From Basidiobolus ranarum (lineage: Eukaryota): DNA of 20,000 nucleotides. This document shows, one piece after another, positions 1-10,351 of this stretch (the stretch's first letter is position 1; every line of letters starts with the position of its first letter). Below the pieces are notes generated by a model. It was not told the origin of the DNA. It did not search any database and saw only the letters and a program-made list of their open reading frames with translations. Position numbers and translations under genes: made by a program. The DNA lies in the NCBI GenBank assembly GCA_040143965.1, contig JASJQH010000003.1:53280-73279 (forward strand), read 5' to 3'.

Positions 1-24
1 TCTAATCTGAATAGAACAACTTAC

Positions 25-1591
25 ATGCAAGAATAATGGGAAGCAAGCTCATCAAAATAGTCATCCCCAGAGAAGGCAAGACACCCGTAATGATTCCCTT
101 AATAGTGACATTCCAACTCAATATAGGTTTTAGCGGTGGGATCAATCTTGATAACTCCTCGATATTAAACAATGCAGACATAAAAGTAACTAAGGGAAAA
201 GACACTTAATATAAACACGCACGATCATGATTTTCGCCATTGAACTTACCAGGGAAAAACCACAAAATTACCAGGCCAGCTGCCAAGGCCACCGCGATAG
301 ATTTACGAATATACTTTTCGAGTGAAAACATATTAAGGTTCTCCCAAATTACTTCGTCGGGATCTACTTCAAGATAGCGGCCTTCCATAACCAATGGCTT
401 ATGATGAGCTAAAGCTTGTACAGCTAAATGTGCAGCGATTTGTGAATGGAAGGTGATAAACGCAGAGGCTTTAAGTGGGAATTTTGAAGGGTCCTTTTGT
501 TGTTCAAGAATCGTCGCATTCAACTGGGCCAATTCTTGTTTGTAGTAATCAATAGAGTCAATCTTAGGTCCTTTGAATGGAATCCAACCAAGGCGGTGAG
601 TTGGTCGCTTGGGTGTTTTTGTTGGATCCTTCAAAGAAGCCATGATAAAGTTTGACTGTGCCTGCTCAAGTTTTTCCAAAATAGTTTGTCGTTGTGCAAC
701 ATCATTTTGTAGCTTTGTCGCATCTCTGAAACACAGTTGATTAAATTCCAACCGCAAAAAAAGTGAAAAAAATTGAGGTATCTTACCTATTTATGTATAC
801 ATGCTTAACACCTCCAGGGTAAAGAGAAAATACGTTGGTCAACTTTTCTACATTATTCAACTCATCCGGAATCCCGGTAACTAGAATAGTGGATGCTACT
901 GGATCCTTTTGATGTTCAGAGCTCATCAAGTACCGCTGACGGAGCTTTATATATATACTAGTTTCTCTATTAATGAAATAGAGCACAAGTCCTATTGAAA
1001 ATAGTCATGTGAATAGTCTGTTTTTAAAAAATGTAGAGAAATTGTTGAAACTGTAAAATTACCAGTGAATATATAGTCGAAAATAACGTGTGTCCAGAAG
1101 CTTCCTTTTTTTTTGGCTGGGTTTATATTACCAATATTAAAACGATTGAGGCCAGTTGCAGTACCTTCACCAGTGTAGTTTACGGGTAAAATAATCACTA
1201 TTGACAATACCGTCATAATAGAGAACAAGACGAGGCACAATCGCATAAAGCGGAGGAAAACGTATGAATCAAAACCTATTCGCTTCAACAGTGTTTTATC
1301 ACGAGTTTTGTACACATCCACTAACCATGCTATAGGGCTTTTGGGTAGTTTTGGTGGACGTTTTCTTAAGGATAGATAGAACGTTAGAACTGAATGGAAA
1401 CATGGTTGAGGTTTAACTTACTCTTTTTCCACCATATAGGTTCGAGGCTCGTAAATACTATCATCCAATCGATGTACAATAACATAGGCTACATAGAATC
1501 CTCCAGCAACGGCTAAATTAAATAGCAGAGAGGTTACGAAGGGCGCAACATACCCATTCTTAAACTGTTCACTCTGCTGGTCGTCTGCCAT
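25..1591 (-). CDS. OSCA/TMEM63/CSC1 (RSN1/PHM7-like) calcium-permeable mechanosensitive channel, 5' part; the gene continues off the left edge
   Basis: Manually spliced exons 1591-1422, 1364-1063, 991-787, 725-250 and 189-25, all with GT-AG introns; the next intron starts at 24. The protein begins MADDQQSEQFKNGYVAPFVTSLLFNLAVAGG..IYEPRT. It carries family motifs IGFDSYVFLRF, ILPVN, TILVTGIP, SAFITF, EVDPDEVIWENL and GIITGVLPS. Confidence 0.93.
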
Positions 1592-2024
1592 TGCGAATGT
1601 TTCCAGAGTTTACGTGCCTGGGAATGTGCCAATATATATATGAATTTTCACGATCTCGACTACAGTTTTCAAATTTTCTCGAAACCAGTTGCCGTGAAAC
1701 GCCCAACTGTAATAGTTTCGGTGTATATATATATATGATGACATTCTAAATACGTATTGTCAATCCTTAATTTGTAAGATATATATTGAAAAAGGTTAGC
1801 GCTACAGATCCGCCTCTACAAATGAGATTTCTAAAATAAACCTATCTCGGTATTTTCTTTTCACATCGGAGGATAGAATTCTATAATGTCTTCCAGTGGC
1901 CTTTTTGTAATATCAGAATTCGAGTTCCCAGATAAACTTTATCTTGTTCTTTTATGTATGACAAGTAATATCAACCCCAACAATCAAGTTACTTTAAACA
2001 ATTAGTTTATTCATTTGCTGATCC

Positions 2025-3601
2025 TTATTTTGCTAGACGTTTCGTCCACCACTCTTCAAAGTCTACATGAGTGGTGTCGATGCCAATGGATTCGAGTCGT
2101 CTATTGGACAGGTGAGAGTCTACGGGGCGATCAGCTGAAATAGTAACTATTCGTAAATAAAGCTAACATTTACAGAGTAAGTAAAGATCGACTTACCAAC
2201 TGCGGTCACGGGGGCAGTGGCTTGAGGGATCAAGTGGTCATACGACAACCCGAGGATCTTGGCCATAATAACTGGTTGGAAAGTAACGTTAAGAACTGTT
2301 GCATGAGGGATTTCTCTAAGGACTTCAACTTACCACACATCTTATATTTGGTCAATTTCTGAGCCGCACTGTAGTGATATACTCCTTCGATTTGTTCGTG
2401 CTGAACAACACGTTTGACTGCAAGAAGATTACCTGGTGAGAACTTTGCGCTTTACTCATCATTAAATAATAAACTTTACCACATAGGTCTTTCAGGACTC
2501 GGGCTATGTCCTCGACTATATTTCCATTAAAGTAAATACAACTATCATAACAAGAGCTTAAGGTTAGGGCTAGTTAGCTTACCATTGGTAGGGTAACGAA
2601 CTGCAAAGTCATCCATATTTGTTTTCTTTTCAGTATTCTGTTTAAAAATATCCTTTTGTTAGCATCATTCTCTGAAAGTTTGATTTGCGATTGTTTACTA
2701 CCAGAACGGCATCTAACAGCGTATTGACAGCAGATTCTCCGTTGTATTCGGTGTTACCATATCTGTGGATCATTAACATACACGAAATAACCATGCCAAA
2801 TTTGATGTGGAGTAGTGCTTACAATATAGGAACACGAAGGATTGCTGCGTGTGGATTAGTTCTTTGAATTGCTAATTCTCCTTCATATTTACTTTGGCCT
2901 TAAGGGTAAGTGTTATTAAAGACTCGTGGTAAATTTAAGGAGTAAATTAGGAGTACCGTAGAACTGAAGAGGGTTGGGACTATCGTCAACATCATATGGT
3001 GGGTTGTTCCCATCAAACACGTAATCTGTAGAAATATAGATCAAAAAGGCACCAATTCTGCTACACACTTCACCAAGTAGAGCGGGGGTTTGTTGGTTCA
3101 ACTTGAATAGAAACTAAGTAAAGGCAATAAAACGTTTAATAATTTGAATGTTCGTTACTTTGATGGTTCCATCACGATCCTTTTCTGCCACATCAGGACG
3201 TCTCTCGGCAGCACAGTGAATGACAGCTTTTATACTTTTAGTAAGAATCAAGGCAAGAGATAATTCAAGTGGTCAGATACCTTCGGGTTTCAACTCTTCC
3301 AAAAAAAGAACAGTGGCTTCAGTATCCAGTAAATCAAGCTACGAGAAATAACCAGGTAGAGGTGAGGAGGCGTTCATGCAATGTCATTGTACTGTAAGAC
3401 AGAACTTGATTGTTACTTACCTTGACTAAGCCTTCACCAAGTCTACTTTTTGCGGTACCAATCACTGTTTAAATTTGAGTTACATATATAATATTGGGAG
3501 AGATACTGAATGCGCTACTAACCTTCGTGACCAGAGTTTTTCAAAGTCTGACAGACAGCTCTACCAAGAAGTCCTGAACCACCAGTTACCAAAACTTTCA
3601 T
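2025..3601 (-). CDS. MAT2B: Methionine adenosyltransferase II beta subunit-like / RmlD-type extended SDR (~296 aa, 12 exons)
   Basis: Exons 3601-3523, 3464-3421, 3338-3281, 3226-3159, 3101-2957, 2898-2823, 2762-2702, 2637-2583, 2515-2480, 2417-2334, 2271-2197 and 2134-2025 sum to 891 nt in frame. Motifs: MKVLVTGGSGLLGRAV (Rossmann), IHCAAERRPDV (MAT2B-like), YISTDYVFDG, YGQSK (YxxxK), LRVPILYG, RYPTNVEDIA. Confidence 0.9.
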
Positions 3602-3998
3602 TGTATTTGTCGAATAATGTGCAGTTTCAAAGGAGCAGCTATTTAATGAAATTTTTGATGAACCTTGGTTGAATGCTTGACCCTAGAAATCAGATAATGA
3701 CGTTGTTAAATTATATCTCTATAATCTTGGAAGAAATATGACCAATATTTATCGATGGCTTGGTTGATCTACCACTACCTATGATGAATGGTTATCTAGG
3801 ATTGACCCATAAGTCCATATATACTCCACACTCAACCCAGAACCATAATCAACCCATATTACAGTAAATGAAACTATCTCACAAATTCAGAAGAGCAGGT
3901 TGATATAGGGTATACCATGATACATATATAGAAATCTCAATTCCCGAGTAATCCACTCACCAGGCCCAGCTTGAGCCATGAAATCGATTATTATTGTT

Positions 3999-4021
3999 AC
4001 ACACACACACACACACACACA
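3999..4021. repeat. (AC)11 microsatellite
   Basis: Perfect acacac... run read directly from the sequence. Confidence 0.95.
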
Positions 4022-4336
4022 TCTTACCCTACCCTCACACTTACCAGCTTTTTCAGATTGTTTGTCCCTCGTTATAAACGCTAAATGAATGACACCTTTG
4101 TTATACAGAATAGATGTATTGTCGAATGGTTATTCACAACTGCTACATCACTAGAATTCAAGATGGACAAGAAAGGCTGAAGGATTGCCGGTCAAGGCCC
4201 TTGGGAAAATCAGATATCTCGAGTATTAGCATCACCACTATGCTTTATTAATTATCAAGAAATGATTGGAACAACTTCTCCAATCTTCATGGTGACTTTG
4301 AGATCAAGATATGAAAGTAATTGGCATTCATAGTGA

Positions 4337-4789
4337 TTATAAAGTCCCGGTTGTAGGGCAGAAGGTATAGTTACCGTTGGGGTCTGGTGTCAGCTTAAAA
4401 TCGGGTGTCTTGGCGATGCAATCCCCATCATTGCCAGGAGTACTAGAAACCACTTCAAGATAATACTCACCTTCTCTTTGTAGACACAATGGTACAGAGA
4501 GGGTAAAGGATAGCTTTCCAGTGGTGGCATCTTCTCCAGGATATCTACGATACTGGGTATGGAGAGATCTATTGGACTTGGAGCTGGATATACTGATTTC
4601 TCGGATGTACTTCACTCGTGAACTACCTACATTCCACTTGAGGGTGACCTTATCATTGGCAGCGAATGTTGACTTGTTACCGGTGGCATGAGTAAGAGGA
4701 GCTACTGACCAGTCACCACACTTATTGAGCGGAGCGGCGGAGACTAATGAGGCTACAGCGATTAAGGAAAGAGTAATGAATGTTCTCAT
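4337..4789 (-). CDS. Small secreted protein, 150 aa, 4 Cys; possibly a Kre9/Knh1-like N-terminal beta-sandwich
   Basis: Intronless ORF. The ATG at 4789 gives the signal peptide MRTFITLSLIAVASLVSA|APL. TATATAA lies ~50 nt upstream on the - strand. The alternating beta-strand pattern (VTLKWN, LSFTLSVP, YYLEVVS) suggests an Ig-like fold; the fold call is inference. Confidence 0.8.
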   Translation of the reverse strand: MRTFITLSLIAVASLVSAAPLNKCGDWSVAPLTHATGNKSTFAANDKVTLKWNVGSSRVKYIREISISSSKSNRSLHTQYRRYPGEDATTGKLSFTLSVPLCLQREGEYYLEVVSSTPGNDGDCIAKTPDFKLTPDPNGNYTFCPTTGTL

Positions 4790-5662
4790 ATTTCTACAAT
4801 GGATAGATATCGACAACCTTAGAAGACTGACCTCTTATATAAACATCAATGAGTTTTCTATTTTTAGTATTGGAGAAAGCATCAACGCCAGAATGGTTCA
4901 CAGAAAGTTTCTGAGATGTTATACAGGACGTCCTACAATTTGGCACATATGTTAAATGTATAGCAAGATGTTATATCTATCATAGTTCACAACCGACCAT
5001 CAATTGCTAAATTAATCCATTTTAATTTTTTGATTGCTACACATACAGACGCCTTCATGGTTACCGCTTAAAAGTAGTATCTTATAGCAACATATGGTCG
5101 CTTTTACATGTATATACATAGGTTTTACCATTGTGAATGGGTTCTGTAGGTAGTAGTGAGAGTCTCATTAGACCAACTGTTCCACATCCTAAATGCCAAT
5201 ATATATTATTAATAGAGAACCCTTGCGTGATACATCGTGCTTTTTTTTTACTTTCAATGGTTTTCAGATGCAGAATCCAGAGAGTTTTGCAGAAGAAACA
5301 TCATGTTGGAAAAATTCATAGTTTTGTTATACCTGCGGCAGATGCTCAGCGCACAGATACTATCGCGCAACATCTGATGGCAATATTTCAAAGGATTTAT
5401 ACTTCCCAGGAAGGAATACTGGATACAAGTAAAACAACTGCTGAGAGTACTAGTTGAAATTAGTCAGTTTGTTAGTTAATTTAACTTCAATGAACACGTG
5501 AAGTAAATCCTAGTAAGTATCTATACTGAAGTAATATTCCTGAAATCAAGTTCTTTCTCTTAACATGCGTGTGAACATTGGAATATACTACTTTATTGTA
5601 AGCTATTGAATGATACAACAGTCGGTCACTTCATTTAGGAATTACGACTAACGTATCAGGGA

Positions 5663-6541
5663 TTAATAGTGTTTACCACTGGAGACATATCTGATCTTAT
5701 AGGAACGGTGACCAAATTTACGGTGCTTCTTGAATGGTCTCGTAGGGTGGTGCATGCCCCAGTATGGAGAGATAACTTGGGGTGCTTCTTGATGAACAAA
5801 CGGGTACATAGTTTGTTTGAGTACGCCAGATTGATCAAATTGATTCGACTTGGAAAGAGCGTGACTTTTCTGAGATGAATGAGCATTGACTCTATCCAAC
5901 AACGCATGGCTGGGCTGTTCTTCAGTATACTCCATCATCGGCATTTCCATTGTTCGATCCTTGGTAGAATCATCCGACATCTTAGAGGCTTGATGATCCA
6001 TTGGTTGCATAAAAGAAGTTTCTGTTTGCTCGGTCATTGGCATGTCCATTGTTCCTCTGTCGGTGGACTCTTTGTACATCTCAGAAGAATGATCGGCCAT
6101 GGGTTTCATTGCGAAAGTGGAGTATTCACCTGGCATCATCATAGTATCTTGGAACCCTTCGGCGATGTGGCCCATACCTGATCCCATCGGTTCTTCCATG
6201 CCCACCTGTTTTCCATATGCCGACGAAGTATGCTCTCCTTCGACTAGTGCACTAGGACCCGTCTGATACTTGACATTTATATTCTTCTTGCTTGAAGCCA
6301 TGGCAGTGTTCAAATTGTTATGGTTTCTGGTGACAGTGCTAAATGATTGCTTCATTTCTGGGAATCGAATGCTCTTTTTTACAGTCCACATTGGCATAAT
6401 GCGCGGTTGCATACGGTGAGCACATAGACCAAACTGTAGAGTGCAAGGTTGACCTCCGTAGTTGAAGTACTCAACTGGGACGGATGAAACAGTGCATACT
6501 AAGATTGCAATGGTAGCGAGAAGGTTTCTTGCGGCAAGCAT
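5663..6541 (-). CDS. Secreted Met-rich, low-complexity protein of unknown function (292 aa)
   Basis: Long intronless ORF with signal peptide MLAARNLLATIAILVCTVSS|VP. It has an acidic Met-rich core with a 33-aa internal repeat and a basic His/Lys/Arg-rich C-terminus. Confidence 0.75.
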   Translation of the reverse strand: MLAARNLLATIAILVCTVSSVPVEYFNYGGQPCTLQFGLCAHRMQPRIMPMWTVKKSIRFPEMKQSFSTVTRNHNNLNTAMASSKKNINVKYQTGPSALVEGEHTSSAYGKQVGMEEPMGSGMGHIAEGFQDTMMMPGEYSTFAMKPMADHSSEMYKESTDRGTMDMPMTEQTETSFMQPMDHQASKMSDDSTKDRTMEMPMMEYTEEQPSHALLDRVNAHSSQKSHALSKSNQFDQSGVLKQTMYPFVHQEAPQVISPYWGMHHPTRPFKKHRKFGHRSYKIRYVSSGKHY

Positions 6542-7175
6542 AGTTGACAGGTTGACTTTATGTTTATTTGATAGTTGACTGTACTCAGGAAGATACGTTA
6601 CAAAGGCAGTCTCTTGGTTCTATTTAAATGATAACCAGAGCATACATTGAGAATATTGTAAGCTTTATCTCCTTTATCATGCTTTAACTTCATACACCAC
6701 CTCACATCATTAGATATGAATTATTGATATTTTAATATTCGATTGAATTTGGAGAATGTACCAGCTCATCTATTGGGTGTTAGACATAACAATTTGTTTG
6801 GCTTCTTTTAAATCATTATCTACTCACTTAATATTCTAGCAGTTACTACGTTAAGGGATTACTCCTGAGTGCTAATATTACAAGACTCTAGTCAAAGAAG
6901 ATATTAAACCTTCTGATATGATACTTTTTGCAAAGAGTAGCGTTAAAATAGGGTTGATTTACAACCAACAACTTCCCCCATTTTAATCGATCTTACATTC
7001 ATAGAGTAAATGAAGGTTCCTGTGGATTGCTTCATCTCACGCAATTGTATGTTTAACTACTGATATTAAATTTTTAATATCTATATTTCCAAACCCTGAC
7101 CCTAACCATATTCGAATGAATATTCCAGTTACCAATGAATATCAAACATAGTATTTACAAAATTCTAAGCAACAA

Positions 7176-7602
7176 GATAGTAAGTAGACTCATCACATAA
7201 TAGTGTCAGGTTTTCAGTCTCATTGATTTCTATTAGGTATAAAGTGCTTGAATCAACTCACGGAATGCTGACAAAGCTAGAACGAAGGTACACTCTGAGT
7301 GCATGATCAATAGTTGATTGAGTGAATTTCTCAGGGGAGTAATGCTAGGCATAATCTATATATTATACTAACTGTGGGCAACGTGATAGTAAATGGACTC
7401 ATATCACGTAGTTGTGTCTAGTTTCCGGTTTCATTGATTTCTATCAGGTGTAAAGTGTTCGAATCGACCAACAGAATGCTGACAAGGCTAGGACGAAGAT
7501 CTAGTACATACGACTACATGATCAATAGTTAAACTATTGCTAATTGAGTGAATTTATCAGGGAAGGAGTGCCAGGCATAATCTACATTCTTATACTAAAT
7601 GT
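7176..7602. repeat. Diverged direct tandem duplication, ~209-bp period, 2 copies
   Basis: Copy 1 (~7176-7384) and copy 2 (~7385-7602) share blocks in the same order: gatagtaa..gactcat, tcattgatttctat, gaatgctgacaa, catgatcaatagtt, attgagtgaattt, aggcataatcta, ttatactaa. Confidence 0.88.
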
Positions 7603-8911
7603 ATACCGGAGGAGACTCTGTTACTACTAGTGCTTTATACATTCAAGTACCAGCAATAGTCATTGATTTTCTATTCCTAATTAATTTTATTTTCATATTC
7701 TATTGAAGCCATACCATGAATCTTATAGGTGATAAAAAGGCCCTATGTTGTCGATCGAAATAAATCCATTTTAGAACCAATAAAAGTAGCTTATTACGGT
7801 TTGTATACTAATTTTGACCTCGCTTACTTATCTATTCTATACTTTCCACTTGGTCAATAAGGGAGTTCCATTGAACATATGTACATGAGAAGTGAATAGT
7901 TATTCTATCACGAATGAAAATGTTACACGATAACAGTTTGCAACCTAAATAATCGAATGTAAATTGCTTACTTTTGGCAGCACCTATTCCGAATGAGAGT
8001 GAAACATTACTATAGAAAGTCTAACCTGATTAGGATAGAGATCACTATAATGAAACACATACCAGATAAATATTCTCTCCAAATTAATCAGAAACTGTAA
8101 ATTACACCTCTACTCTACAGCATCATTGTGCCGAAATGTTGCGCCCCAAGATTTACAATAGATATATGTTACTCCTGTCTGTGTCTCATCTAAATTATTT
8201 ATTACCAGGTTTTCTCCAATTACGAATGCTGACACTATCAACGAAATAAATTCCAATCCATACTGTCAAGCATCTGGTAAGCTTCATGTATGCAATCATA
8301 TTTTATCCAAGACATGAAATAGAACAGCTGTTCTATATTCTACCATAGCCATTCATCTTTATATAAACAATGATAAAACAAAACATAACATTGGGGTTAG
8401 ATGGACTTGTGTACTCCATAAACTTAAAGACTGCACAGCTTATCTTGCCATTTTCCAAAGGATTCCCAGAGTGGATCAAAGCGTCATTGCCTATGAATCG
8501 ACTGGTGATTGGGTAGAGTATTTCGATAGCACCTTTCTGGCTTTGAATGTCTACAGTATTTACATGATCCACCACGAAACCACGGTAAGAGCCCTCAGGA
8601 TACAACTCCAACATCCAGTCATTATTTGTGCTAACTGCTTTAGATGGAATATGGTTTCACATTACATCCAACATGAATTACATTATCACTTATGCATAGA
8701 TTTATCGCAAATTATTTGCCTCAGGCAACTCAGCTGAAATCATCCTACACTCTATATTCTGGGAAATGGTATGTACAAAATTGGAGTTGCTTATAGAATA
8801 TCTATTACTTATATATGTGGTACTGGTTGGCAATGCAAAATAAGTCTTTATTGTTGACAAAAACTAATAGCAAGGTAAGAACACTTCAAGCAAAGGACTA
8901 AATTGAGAATG

Positions 8912-10279
8912 TTAAATGCGATGAATAGATTTTCCATCAACAAAGACTTGAATGATGTTACGGTCATCACCGTTGTTAATGAATTTCTCAAATATGGTCT
9001 TTACATCATCATGTGAGAATAAGTCAATAGGTGAACCATGGGCGAGAGGGTCTACAATTAAAGCGTCGAATTGTTTTCCGACCACAAAGTTCCCTAGAGT
9101 ATTCTTCATTCCAAGCACATCAGCACCGCCAAGAGTAGCAAGGTAGAAAATTTCGGCTAACTTTAGATATTTGTCGTCTGGATGGTCAAAGCTACGAGCG
9201 ATGGCTGCAAAATAACCAGTACGAATGGTGTTGAGAATAGAGGTTCCATAACCGCCTGCTACATCCGTACCTAAACCAATCTTTTGGCCTTCAGCCATCA
9301 TTTGACGGACCTTCGCTATGCCACTACGAAGACTGAGATTGGAATTTGGGCAATGAGAGATTCCTACACCACGCTGTTTGAGCAGCTGACGCTCAGCATC
9401 TGTTGGATGAACTACGTGAGCCATAATAGTACGATTTGTCAGTAAACCGTTGACATCGTATACAGAGGTGTAATCAGGTTGGTCTGGATGCAACTGCTTT
9501 ACCCAAGCAATTTCATCAAGGTTCTCATCAAGATGAGATTGAATTGGAACATTATATTTGGCAGCGAGATTACCAAGACCCTTCATCAGCTCAGTCGTAC
9601 AAGATGGAACAAAGCGAGGGGTGACTATTGGGATGACACGGGAATTGTTTTTACTCAAGACATATTGGATAAAAGCCTCCGTATCTTTCAGGCTCTGAGC
9701 AGTAGATTCGACATAGAAATCTGGTGAGTTACGGTCCATGTTGACTTTTCCGACGAGTGCACGCTGTCCCTTTTTCTCCACAATATCTGCTAGTACCTTC
9801 GAGGATTCCAAGTGGATGGTAGCATAGTAGCTGGCAGCGGTTGTACCACCCCGCACCAAACGATCTACAACCTTGTTGTAGGCATCCCTGGCGTAGTTAG
9901 TGTCGTTAAAACGAGCCTCACGAGGAAATGTGTACGTATTAAGCCAGTCAAGTAGCTGCAGATCCATACCAGAGCCAGTAAAGACATATTGTGGAGCGTG
10001 AATATGAGTGTCTATCAATCCAGGGATGAGAAACTTTTGATTACCTAATGGAGTGAGACTCACCCCATATTTAGTGGCTATCTGTTTAGCTTGCGTTTCG
10101 CTTGCATTGTTCTCAACTTGGACTATCTTTCCAGTCTTATCTACGGCGACAACACCGTTGGTAACATGCTCCAGATTAGTTACATTCACAGAATGAACAA
10201 AGCTTCCGTAGAACACATTTTGAGCCGAGATACTACCAACCAAAGCGGCAGAGATTAGAGCAAGTGAGTAGAGATGCAT
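8912..10279 (-). CDS. GUD1: Guanine deaminase (amidohydrolase superfamily) with predicted N-terminal signal peptide, 455 aa, intronless
   Basis: Motifs PGLIDTHIHAPQY (HxH), LLDWLNTYTFP, GKVNMD, TPRFVPSC, QSHLDEN (HxxE), HCPNSN, GLGTDVAGG, GKQFDAL and GDDRNI. N-terminus MHLYSLALISAALVGSISA|QNV. Confidence 0.95.
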   Translation of the reverse strand: MHLYSLALISAALVGSISAQNVFYGSFVHSVNVTNLEHVTNGVVAVDKTGKIVQVENNASETQAKQIATKYGVSLTPLGNQKFLIPGLIDTHIHAPQYVFTGSGMDLQLLDWLNTYTFPREARFNDTNYARDAYNKVVDRLVRGGTTAASYYATIHLESSKVLADIVEKKGQRALVGKVNMDRNSPDFYVESTAQSLKDTEAFIQYVLSKNNSRVIPIVTPRFVPSCTTELMKGLGNLAAKYNVPIQSHLDENLDEIAWVKQLHPDQPDYTSVYDVNGLLTNRTIMAHVVHPTDAERQLLKQRGVGISHCPNSNLSLRSGIAKVRQMMAEGQKIGLGTDVAGGYGTSILNTIRTGYFAAIARSFDHPDDKYLKLAEIFYLATLGGADVLGMKNTLGNFVVGKQFDALIVDPLAHGSPIDLFSHDDVKTIFEKFINNGDDRNIIQVFVDGKSIHRI

Positions 10280-10343
10280 AGCGGGACCGAGAGTAAGCGA
10301 AATGGGTTGCTGATATGGTGTTAATGCACTACGAGGCTACCAC

Positions 10344-10351
10344 TATTTATA
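10344..10351 (-). promoter_or_regulatory. Putative TATA box of the guanine deaminase gene
   Basis: TATAAATA on the - strand ~65 nt upstream of the ATG at 10279. Confidence 0.5.

Noticed and set aside
4790-4816. Upstream extension of the 159-aa ORF given in the track
   Set aside because: It starts at a non-ATG codon. The ATG at 4789 gives a clean signal peptide at a suitable distance from the TATA box.
5137-5457. 106-aa ORF on the + strand
   Set aside because: No recognisable domain or compositional bias; consistent with a chance intergenic ORF.
5656-6181. ORFs 5656-5907 (-), 5669-5878 (+) and His-rich 5879-6181 (+)
   Set aside because: Shadow frames of the Met-rich gene. The His richness comes from antisense CAT of the ATG codons.
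8333-8737. Overlapping opposite-strand ORFs (93 aa on -, 88 aa on +), possibly a decayed gene or TE fragment
   Set aside because: No recognisable motif, signal peptide or convincing splice structure, and flanking frames contain several stops. A TBLASTX search would be needed to support a pseudogene call.
8952-9727. Antisense ORFs inside the guanine deaminase gene
   Set aside because: Shadow ORFs of a well-supported CDS.
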